64,000 nucleotides of DNA. Source: Terriglobales bacterium (GTDB lineage Bacteria > Acidobacteriota > Terriglobia > Terriglobales > Acidobacteriaceae). Both the position numbers and the translations under genes were made by a program. Within the stretch, counting starts at the first letter, position 1. Every line of letters begins with the position of its first letter. The notes under the pieces are model-generated. The model saw nothing but the letters and a program-made list of their open reading frames with translations. It did not search any database and had not been told where the DNA came from. This document shows, one piece after another, positions 35,505 through 43,091 of the stretch. The stretch lies in assembly GCA_035508395.1 (NCBI GenBank), contig DATJNC010000118.1:5422-69421 (forward strand), in the 5' to 3' direction.

Positions 35505-36398
35505 ATGCGAGTCAACCCGAATCTCATGCCCGATCTGTTGGCGGCGTTGGGCCAGACCAAGCTCGAGGAGCAGCAGGATGAGCTGGAACTTGCGACTGGC
35601 AGCAGCGTCAACGTACCTTCCGACAATCCCGTGGCGGCAGCGCTGTTGGTGGAAAACAATGACCAGGCGACGTTCAATGCCAGCTATCTGCAGAGCCTCG
35701 CCACGGTCAACGGTCAGCTGTCGACCGCCGACTCGACTCTCAACTCTGTGGTCACCACGTTGCAGCGAGCTATCAGTCTAGGAGTGGAGGGGGCGAATGG
35801 CACGCTCTCGGACAGCGATCGGAATGACATTGCACAGGAACTTCAGGGAATTCAAAGCCAGCTCATTTCGCTGGCGAATACCTCCTATGAAGGGAACTAC
35901 ATTTTCGGAGGTACCGAAACGGCCACGCCTCCCTACACGGCGAACCCCTCCGATCCTTCCGGTTCCGGCGTGACATATAACGGGAATACCGACGTGAACG
36001 AGGTTTCGGTTGGCAGCGGATATCAGGTCGCAGTCAACGTTCCCGGATCGCAGCTGTTCTCGGAATCAGGTAACGACGTTTTCCTGGCGCTGAACAACCT
36101 GATCTCCGCTATACAGTCGAACGGCGATATCGCTGATGCGACCAACGCACTGAGTTCGGCGGCCAATTACCTCACTGCTCAGCGCGTGTTCTATGGCAAT
36201 GCGATGAGCCAGGTTCAGTCGCAGACTACGTATCTGGACACGGCGAAGCAGCAGATTGCACAGCAACAAAACACACTGGGCGCGGCTGATATGGCGACAG
36301 CGGCTACCGGCTTAAGTGCGGCTCAGACCGACGAGCAGGCCGCGATCGAGGCTATGAGCAAGGTGTCGCAGAATACGCTCTTTGACTATCTCCGATAG
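35505..36398 (+). CDS. flgL: Flagellar hook-associated protein 3 FlgL
   Basis: The flagellin-like N-terminus carries the SDNPVAAA motif, and the C-terminus is flagellin-like. Follows flgK. Confidence 0.85.
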   Translation: MRVNPNLMPDLLAALGQTKLEEQQDELELATGSSVNVPSDNPVAAALLVENNDQATFNASYLQSLATVNGQLSTADSTLNSVVTTLQRAISLGVEGANGTLSDSDRNDIAQELQGIQSQLISLANTSYEGNYIFGGTETATPPYTANPSDPSGSGVTYNGNTDVNEVSVGSGYQVAVNVPGSQLFSESGNDVFLALNNLISAIQSNGDIADATNALSSAANYLTAQRVFYGNAMSQVQSQTTYLDTAKQQIAQQQNTLGAADMATAATGLSAAQTDEQAAIEAMSKVSQNTLFDYLR

Positions 36399-36482
36399 AG
36401 TTAGACGTTCGCAGGAAGTTCTCCGAAGAGTTGGAATTCGTGTTCACTGGTCGGGAAACTCATCCCCCTGCTGTGGTCTTTG

Positions 36483-36675
36483 AAAATAAAGGACTTACCG
36501 CGAAAATTTGGTCAAGTTTTTAAAAATAAAAGACTTGCCTCGCCCGATTGTGTCCATTGAAGACATTGATTACAAAAGATTTATGTGAGTAGCCCCAGAT
36601 TCAAGAAGTACTCTTTGCAAAATATTCATTCTAAAGGGGAAAATTCCCAAAGTATTTCGGAAAAAGGACTTACGG
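36483..36675 (+). repeat. Three copies of an AAAGGACTTAC-type motif in an AT-rich noncoding island
   Basis: AAAATAAAGGACTTACCG (36483-36500) and AAAATAAAAGACTTGCCT (36523-36540) share 15 of 18 positions and lie exactly 40 nt apart. AAAAAGGACTTACGG is at 36661-36675. Confidence 0.8.
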
Positions 36676-36862
36676 CCCAATACGGCGGCATGAAACCCCA
36701 AGCGGGAAGCAAGGTGCAGACAGAACCAGTGTCATTCTGGAACCCCCGTTTGCTCTGCAGGGAAACGGCGGATCCAAACGCGTTCATGTACTCGGATCCG
36801 GGTTTTGGCGGCGGATCTCTATGGATTCAATTGTAAGGCAAGTCGCTAATGTAAGGCATCCT

Positions 36863-37252
36863 CTAGAGTGTCTTCTTGCTGGTGCCCGCCCAAGCGGACG
36901 CGGCTACAACGTGGGATTGGGCCGCCTGCAAGCGGGCTTTTTCAGCGAGAAGTCGAAGCTGCATGTCGGGCAGGAGGTGCTTCAATCTATTGAGATTCGC
37001 GTGATATTCCTGCATCTCATTGGTGAGCGCGGTGGCGTTCTCGTCCATGACATCGCGGCCCGAAGAGAACTTTGCTTCGAGACTGCGGAGACACTCCTTT
37101 GCGCGCAACAATTGTGCGAGCAGACTGGAGAACTCGCCGGAGCGGATGGTCGAGCAATGGTGAATTTCGGGGCGGAAACGCAAGAGCGCGTTGCGGACGC
37201 TCTGATTTACTTGCCGCAGGATGAGAAGGGCCGGGGGCATCAACCATTCCAT
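36863..37252 (-). CDS. Hypothetical helical protein downstream of fliS (FliT-like position)
   Basis: The ORF overlaps the fliS stop (ATG at 37252 or 37240). About 129 aa, helical and coiled-coil composition (LNRLKHLLPDMQLRLLAEKARLQAAQ). No motif recognised. Confidence 0.45.
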   Translation of the reverse strand: MEWLMPPALLILRQVNQSVRNALLRFRPEIHHCSTIRSGEFSSLLAQLLRAKECLRSLEAKFSSGRDVMDENATALTNEMQEYHANLNRLKHLLPDMQLRLLAEKARLQAAQSHVVAASAWAGTSKKTL

Positions 37253-37686
37253 TCGAGGGACGCGGTACCCATTTGCGGAGCTAGCGGATTGGCAGCGACC
37301 TCTTGTGCATCGACCGACGTTAATTGTGAGCGCTCGACTGAGATCCATGCTTCGCGCAGCGCGAGTAGGTCTGTGATCTGGCGCGCCAGAATTTCTTTTG
37401 ACTGCCGAAATTGTGCTTCCGCGAGATTTGCTCGCAGGGTGCGATAGAAGGTGCGCAAGTTCCTAGCTGCTGGGCCATCCTCGGCAAATTTGAGCGCCGA
37501 TTCGAGGTAGCCAATCACCAGAATCGAATGGTTGATCTTGGTGGTGCGTAGCTCGACCTTTTTTTCTTCCAGCGCGCGGATCGCTTGCCGCAAGTCTTCG
37601 ATAATTTGCTCGTACAGCCGAACCACGAGTTCGATAGGATTTGCGCCTGTGACTGTGGCCTCGCGATAGTAAAGTCGAGGGTCCAT
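37240..37686 (-). CDS. fliS: Flagellin-specific export chaperone FliS
   Basis: YYREATVTGANPIELVVRLYEQIIEDLRQAI...INHSILVIGYLESAL. Confidence 0.85.
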   Translation of the reverse strand: MDPRLYYREATVTGANPIELVVRLYEQIIEDLRQAIRALEEKKVELRTTKINHSILVIGYLESALKFAEDGPAARNLRTFYRTLRANLAEAQFRQSKEILARQITDLLALREAWISVERSQLTSVDAQEVAANPLAPQMGTASLEWNG

Positions 37687-37689
37687 GCC

Positions 37690-39162
37690 TTAGCTCCCTG
37701 AGTTCGACGTGCTCGATGCACTGGTTCCGCTGGTCGGCGTTGTATTGGACGAAGTGGGTGAGGTTGTTCCTAACTGCGTGAGCACCTCCTGCAGCAGGAA
37801 TGGATATTCTTCGAGCGCGGCATTGACGGCGCTGAATTCCCTGACGAGATTTTGCTTTTGCGTTGCCAACTGCTGCTGAAGATCACTGATCTGATTACTC
37901 AAGTCAGTCTGCTCAGCCTGATTCTGGGTGAGATCGATGTTTAGTGGGCCGCTGGTGGGGCTGGTGAGACTCGTGAGGTCGGTATTGAAGTGGGTGGCAA
38001 AGCCCGAAGTTGTGCTCTGAAAGAAATTCTGGACGGCGCTGGGATTGGTGGCGATGGCATTGGCGAGGGTCTGCGAGTCGATGGAAAGGGTGCCGTCATT
38101 CTGCATGTTGATGCCGAGCGAAGCCAGGCTGGTATAGCCGGCGCTGTTTCCCGAAACAGCATAACTCGCATCTGCAAGGAGGCTCGACTGGAGATTCTCT
38201 AGAGCAATGTCGGAGCCCAGCGGACCCTGCGAACCGGTCGAGGAATTGTAAGCGAACTGCCCGTTGAGGTCGGTAACTACTTGGTTGTAGGCGGAAACGA
38301 AGCTGGAAACCGCGCTGGTGATTGACGAAGTGTCGGTGTTGACAGAGATCTGTGCTTCGCCGGAATAACTGCTAACCAGGTTCAGGGTAACGCCGGAAAT
38401 CGCGTTGTTCACGGTGTTCGAGGTGCTGCTGAACGGAATGCCATTGACGGTGAACGTGGCGTCGGTGCCGCCAACGGGCGTTTCGAAGCTGAGATTGGTC
38501 GGCGTTCCGGCGGCGTTACCGTTGCTGTCGAGAGTTGTGTTTTGGGTAATCGCGAGGGCGCCGGTGCTACCGGTGGCGTTGCTTGTGATGGCGAGCCGGG
38601 CGCCGCTGGCGTCGTTGAGCACGGTGGCGGTGACTCCCCAATTATTGGCTGTGGATTGCTGATTGATGTAAGAGGCGAGAGTAGTGAGCGTGTCGTTGGA
38701 GCCGGCCGTGATTTGAATGGTTTGAGTGGTGCCGCTGGACCCGCCGATTTGAAGTTGAAGCTGGGCGCTACTTGCACCGGAAGGCAGAATCGAAGTGGTG
38801 GCATTGGCCAGGGAGTCGCTGTAAACGGTTCCTGCACTCGCGAGACCACTGACAACCACGGTGTAATTTCCCGCAGCCGCGGAATTGGTAGCGGAGGCCG
38901 TGACAACGGCTGGCAGAGACGAGTTGGCGGTCAGGGAGGAGAAGGCTCCAAGCGGGTCGGTCAAGGCCTGAACCGCGCTGGCCAGGCTGCCCAGGTCGCT
39001 GTTGATGCTGTTCAGATCGGTAGCCTGCGTTTGCAGCGTGGTTTGTTGATTCTGCAGGGTGGTGATCTGAGCCTGACCAGCGGCCTGCAGGTCGCTCACC
39101 ACTGAATTGACGTCGATTCCATTGCCGTTCAACAAACTGGCTGCGTTAAAGCTAATGCCCAT
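37690..39162 (-). CDS. fliD: Flagellar filament cap protein FliD
   Basis: MGISFNAASLLNGNGIDVNSVVSDLQAAGQAQITTLQNQQTTLQTQ... with C-terminal coiled coil QISDLQQQLATQKQNLVREFSAVNAALEEY. Confidence 0.85.
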   Translation of the reverse strand: MGISFNAASLLNGNGIDVNSVVSDLQAAGQAQITTLQNQQTTLQTQATDLNSINSDLGSLASAVQALTDPLGAFSSLTANSSLPAVVTASATNSAAAGNYTVVVSGLASAGTVYSDSLANATTSILPSGASSAQLQLQIGGSSGTTQTIQITAGSNDTLTTLASYINQQSTANNWGVTATVLNDASGARLAITSNATGSTGALAITQNTTLDSNGNAAGTPTNLSFETPVGGTDATFTVNGIPFSSTSNTVNNAISGVTLNLVSSYSGEAQISVNTDTSSITSAVSSFVSAYNQVVTDLNGQFAYNSSTGSQGPLGSDIALENLQSSLLADASYAVSGNSAGYTSLASLGINMQNDGTLSIDSQTLANAIATNPSAVQNFFQSTTSGFATHFNTDLTSLTSPTSGPLNIDLTQNQAEQTDLSNQISDLQQQLATQKQNLVREFSAVNAALEEYPFLLQEVLTQLGTTSPTSSNTTPTSGTSASSTSNSGS

Positions 39163-39550
39163 GAGATTCTCCCGATTGGCTCACCTCTTCACTGGCCGGC
39201 GCTGCCGCCGGCTGCTTGGAATGTTGGAATTCAGCCGCGATGGCGCGCTGGAAATTCAACATTTGAGATCCCGGAACTTGCAGGATCAGATTTCCGGCCT
39301 TGTCCACATAGCGAACAATAAGTTCGTTCTCAAGCTCACTATCTCGTTGCAATTCAACTTCATCTTCGCGCAGCGGTGAGGCTGCTGAGTTGTCAGTTGA
39401 GGTTTGCACTTCCGCATTCGGAACTTTTTCTGATTTGGCAGATGAATGAGCGCTTTGCACAAGCGCTTGCGCAGAGCCTTGTACGGACGGGCTCTCGGGC
39501 GAAGATGCCGGATAAATTGTGCTGAAACTAATCGCGGGGCTGATGCTCAT
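39152..39550 (-). CDS. flaG: FlaG-family flagellar protein
   Basis: The C-terminal LIVRYVDKAGNLILQVPGSQMLNFQRAIAAEF matches the FlaG signature. Sits between fliC and fliD. Confidence 0.7.
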   Translation of the reverse strand: MSISPAISFSTIYPASSPESPSVQGSAQALVQSAHSSAKSEKVPNAEVQTSTDNSAASPLREDEVELQRDSELENELIVRYVDKAGNLILQVPGSQMLNFQRAIAAEFQHSKQPAAAPASEEVSQSGESHGH

Positions 39551-39583
39551 CGTTAGTTACCTCGTGAGCTACCTCGGAATGGG

Positions 39584-39614
39584 GCAAGGGAGGCGGGCGA
39601 GCCGTCTCCCTTGC
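39584..39614 (-). terminator. Hairpin between fliC and flaG (possible partial terminator)
   Basis: 9-bp stem GCAAGGGAG/CTCCCTTGC with a 13-nt loop, 16 nt after the fliC stop on the minus strand. No clear U-tract. Confidence 0.4.
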
Positions 39615-39629
39615 GCATAATTACGAAAG

Positions 39630-40829
39630 CTATTGCAACAGCTTCAAAACAAGCTGCTGCTGCTGGTTGGCCTGAGACAGGGCGGAAATACCGGTCTGTT
39701 CCAGGATTGAATATTTACTCAGGTTCGCGACAGTAGTCGGAATGTCAGCCGCAGTGATGCCATTTTCGGCTGAAGTCAGGTTCTGGGACTGCGTGCTGAT
39801 GACCTGACTGGCACTCTGCAAGCGCTCGGTGCTGGCGCCAAGCTGGCCGCGAAGCGCGGAGATCTGGTTGATGGCATTGTTGATGTCGGTTAGCGCCGTC
39901 TGGGCGGTGCCGCTGGTGCTAAGGTTGTCATTGGCCAGGCTTACGCCGTTCATGTTGCTACTGGAGAGCTGGCCCAGGGTGACGCCGATCAGGCTGCTGC
40001 CGACCTGCGTCGAGTCACTTAAGAAGACGTTCATGGTGCTGCTGTTGCTGGTGTTCGTGAGTGTTTCAGCGGTGGCGTCGCCGCCGATTTGCAGCGTGGT
40101 CGCGCCGCCGTCCTCAAGTTCGGTGCCGGCACTGGAGCCGCGGTTATAAGTGTCGGTGATAACCAGGTTGCCGGTGTTATCGAGGGTGGCGATAAGCCCT
40201 TTGCCAGAATTGTTGATGTTTTCGATGAGGCCAGCCACGGTGCCCGTGTTGCTATCGGTCGTGGTGGCATCGAAGGTTTGAGCTGATCCATAGGCGGGTG
40301 TGGCGAGGGTGCTGTCCCACATTTTGACGGTGACGTTGCCGGTCACGGTCGTCGCCATACCAGCTGCTGTGCCTACAGCGGTGGTGAGCTGGTTGTAGTT
40401 TGTGGAAGTCCCAGCAAAAATTTGCGAGCCGTTGTAGGTAGTGGCTGAACCGATTTGATCGATTTCCGCGCTGATTTGCGAGAATTCTGCCTGCAGAGCG
40501 ACGCGCTGCGAGTCCGAAACTGTGCCGGTGGAGGATTCGGTAGCCAGCGTAACCGCACGATTCAGCAGGGTGGTGACCTGCGACAGCGCACCATCAGCAA
40601 CCTGCAGCATGCCTACACCATTATTCACGTTCTGTTGGGACTGAGTGAGAGCCGTCACGTTCGCTTCCAGACCGTTGGCGATAGCCAAGCCTGCTGGATC
40701 GTCAGCGCCACTGTTGATTCGTGATCCGGAAGAGAGCTGCTCCAATGTACTGTTGAGGTTGACGTTGGTGGTGTTGAGCTGGTTTTCCGCAGCAAGGGAA
40801 GCGATGTTATTGAGAATGGTAAGTGCCAT
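39630..40829 (-). CDS. fliC: Flagellin
   Basis: MALTILNNIASLAAENQLNTTNVNLNSTLEQLSSGSRINSGADDPAGLAIANGL... with C-terminal ILEQTGISALSQANQQQQLVLKLLQ. Confidence 0.95.
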   Translation of the reverse strand: MALTILNNIASLAAENQLNTTNVNLNSTLEQLSSGSRINSGADDPAGLAIANGLEANVTALTQSQQNVNNGVGMLQVADGALSQVTTLLNRAVTLATESSTGTVSDSQRVALQAEFSQISAEIDQIGSATTYNGSQIFAGTSTNYNQLTTAVGTAAGMATTVTGNVTVKMWDSTLATPAYGSAQTFDATTTDSNTGTVAGLIENINNSGKGLIATLDNTGNLVITDTYNRGSSAGTELEDGGATTLQIGGDATAETLTNTSNSSTMNVFLSDSTQVGSSLIGVTLGQLSSSNMNGVSLANDNLSTSGTAQTALTDINNAINQISALRGQLGASTERLQSASQVISTQSQNLTSAENGITAADIPTTVANLSKYSILEQTGISALSQANQQQQLVLKLLQ

Positions 40830-40929
40830 CGAATTGTGCTCCTGTGTGGTTCCGATTTGGGATCCGTCCCCGAAATCTTCCCGGAGCTCGTTCCGTTTGT
40901 CCTGCGGAACCCGTCTTGTTTCACACTGG

Positions 40930-40956
40930 ACATCGGCATGCTCACCAAAGGCTTTA
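40930..40956 (-). promoter_or_regulatory. Sigma-28 type promoter of fliC
   Basis: The minus strand reads TAAA (40956-40953), 15 nt, GCCGATGT (40937-40930). This predicts a 5' UTR of about 90 nt. Confidence 0.65.
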
Positions 40957-41061
40957 TTTCCACAGGTACCATTTGTGTCAGGTCGAAGGTAACTTGGTTG
41001 CCAAACTGTGCGCCTCCCCTCACCTTCGTTCTTGCCGATCTTTACTTAAGGTGCCAGTCGC

Positions 41062-41319
41062 ATGATTCAGCTCACTCGCCTCAATAATCATCCGCTAGCC
41101 GTGAACTCAGACCTGATCAAATTCGTCGAGCAGTCACCAGACACGGTGATCACACTTGTGAATGGGGAAAAGATCGTGGTTCGGGAGACTGCGCGGGATG
41201 TTCTGGAAAAAATTGTCGAGTTCCGGCGTGCCGTCCTCCAGGGAATCATGCTCTGGTGGGACAATCGCGCGGCGATAGCCCCTCAACTTGAGAATGGATC
41301 CGCCTTCGAGGAGAAGTAG
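41062..41319 (+). CDS. flbD: Flagellar protein FlbD
   Basis: MIQLTRLNNHPLAVNSDLIKFVEQSPDTVITLVNGEKIVVRETARDVLEKIVEFRR matches the FlbD pattern. Directly upstream of motA. Confidence 0.8.
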   Translation: MIQLTRLNNHPLAVNSDLIKFVEQSPDTVITLVNGEKIVVRETARDVLEKIVEFRRAVLQGIMLWWDNRAAIAPQLENGSAFEEK

Positions 41320-41327
41320 GAGCGGGC

Positions 41328-42110
41328 ATGGATAAGGCGACCCTCGGAGGGCTCGTATTAGCGATCGGTGGTATTTTGCTCGGGCTCTTGATTGAGGGGG
41401 GCAATCTGGGCCAGGTGCTACAGCCGACCGCGGCCATGATCGTCTTTGGCGGTACGCTGGGCGCAATACTTATTCAGTACCCTTTGCCGGTTTTTCTGAA
41501 TGGATTCAAGCGGCTGATACACATCTTCATTGAACCTGGGCAGAATGCGCAGTCGACGATCGCAGTGCTGGTGAAGTATGCGAATCAGGCCAGGCGCGAG
41601 GGGATCATTTCACTGGACAAGGAAATCGAGACCATTCAGGATCCGTTTCTTCGCCGTGCGTTAATGCTAGCTGTGGACGGCACGGAATCCCGTGAACTGC
41701 GAAAAATCATGGAGCTGGAACTGGACAACAAAGAAGAGCAGGAAGAAAAGATTCCGCAGTTGTTCGAATCGGCGGGAGGGTTCTCTCCAACCATTGGAAT
41801 CATCGGGGCCGTACTGGGACTGATTCAGGTAATGCAGCACCTGGACAAGATCGATGAAGTTGGGCGCGGGATAGCCGTGGCTTTTGTGGCGACGATTTAT
41901 GGCGTGGGAGCGGCAAATATCTTCTTTCTGCCAGCGGCGGGCAAGCTGCGAATCCGAGTACGCGAAGAGCAGATTATTCGGGAAATGACGCTGGAAGGAG
42001 TGCTGTCCATTCTGGAGGGCATGAATCCGCGCATGCTGGAAGCTAAGCTTCTGGGCTTCCTGACGCAGGCACACGAGCCCGCGCCACCGGCTCAAGGATC
42101 TGAGACATGA
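41328..42110 (+). CDS. motA: Flagellar stator protein MotA
   Basis: Four-TM architecture. FSPTIGIIGAVLGLIQVM, AVAFVATIYGVGAANIFFLPAAGKL. Confidence 0.9.
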   Translation: MDKATLGGLVLAIGGILLGLLIEGGNLGQVLQPTAAMIVFGGTLGAILIQYPLPVFLNGFKRLIHIFIEPGQNAQSTIAVLVKYANQARREGIISLDKEIETIQDPFLRRALMLAVDGTESRELRKIMELELDNKEEQEEKIPQLFESAGGFSPTIGIIGAVLGLIQVMQHLDKIDEVGRGIAVAFVATIYGVGAANIFFLPAAGKLRIRVREEQIIREMTLEGVLSILEGMNPRMLEAKLLGFLTQAHEPAPPAQGSET

Positions 42111-43033
42111 GCCGCCGCACAAAGAAGCAACGACATGTAAATCACGAGCGCTGGCTGGTCTCGTATGCCGATTTCATCACACTCCTGTTCGCGTTTTTTG
42201 TCGTGCTCTATGCATCATCACAAGTGGACAAGCGAAAGGTGGGCAGGCTGGCATTGGCGATCCAGGTTGCGTTTCAGGAAATGGGCGTTTTTCCAACGTC
42301 ATCCACGGAAGTGCCCATCGATTTCAGTGAGCCCATGCCCTTCAGCAGGGTGCAATCGGTCGAGAACATGCCAAAGAACGCGACTCTCATTCAAATTGTG
42401 TCACATCCCGAGGGCGGACTTGGCACGGGACGGGAGAACGGGGAGCTGGCCCAGTTGGAGACTGAGCTGGAGACGACGCTGGCGGCGGAAATCAAACGCA
42501 AAGAGATCGCCATGCACCGCGAGCCGGATGGCCTGGTGATCAGTTTGCGCGAAGTGGGATTTTTTGAGAGCGGCTCGGCGCAGATGAAAGCGGCTTCGGA
42601 GCCGGCATTCGATCGGATCGCGAACTTGTTGCGGGAACGCAACTGCCGCATCCGCATCGAGGGCCACACCGACAATGTCCCGATACATAATTCGCTATTT
42701 TCTTCGAATTGGGAGCTGTCGACGTCACGGGCGACCGAGATTGTTCGCATCCTGATTGTCCGTAATGGATACGCCCCGGGCCGGCTGAGCGCCGCGGGCT
42801 ATGCAGAGTTTCACCCAGTTGCATCCAACGCTACCGCCGAGGGCCGGAGCATGAATCGCCGCGTCGATATCGTCGTTCTGGCGCGGGAGGTTGCACCCGC
42901 ATCGGGGCCGGATGACACCAGTCGGAGCGACGCGGCTCACGTCAAGGACGGGCAGGACTCGACGCGGTCAAGTTCGACTGAAATGAAGGTGTCGAAGCCA
43001 TCGGCCGCGATCGCGCGGGAACGGGTTCATTGA
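42107..43033 (+). CDS. motB: Flagellar stator protein MotB (OmpA-like C-terminal domain)
   Basis: ATGA overlap with motA. ERWLVSYADFITLLFAFFVVLYA; C-terminal IEGHTDNVPI...NWELSTSRA...GRSMNRRVDIVV. Confidence 0.9.
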   Translation: MSRRTKKQRHVNHERWLVSYADFITLLFAFFVVLYASSQVDKRKVGRLALAIQVAFQEMGVFPTSSTEVPIDFSEPMPFSRVQSVENMPKNATLIQIVSHPEGGLGTGRENGELAQLETELETTLAAEIKRKEIAMHREPDGLVISLREVGFFESGSAQMKAASEPAFDRIANLLRERNCRIRIEGHTDNVPIHNSLFSSNWELSTSRATEIVRILIVRNGYAPGRLSAAGYAEFHPVASNATAEGRSMNRRVDIVVLAREVAPASGPDDTSRSDAAHVKDGQDSTRSSSTEMKVSKPSAAIARERVH

Positions 43034-43091
43034 TTCCAGCCTGGACGTTGTCTTTATTGAAATGCCGGATTGCCGCGCGATCGCAAAGAGC

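Noticed and set aside
36585-36836. 83-codon plus-strand ORF inside the AT-rich island after flgL.
   Set aside because: It has no ribosome-binding site, a GTG/TTG-type start, low-complexity non-protein-like sequence, and a composition very different from all genes in the window. It is treated as non-coding; see the island finding.
36821-37447. 208-codon plus-strand ORF overlapping fliS and the downstream ORF.
   Set aside because: It is antisense to a well-supported FliS gene and has no motifs. It is a shadow ORF.
41034-41041. GCCGATCT 20 nt upstream of flbD, considered as a possible fifth sigma-28 -10 element.
   Set aside because: The position 15 nt upstream reads TCCC rather than TAAA, and the element would leave almost no leader. 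It is not counted as a promoter.
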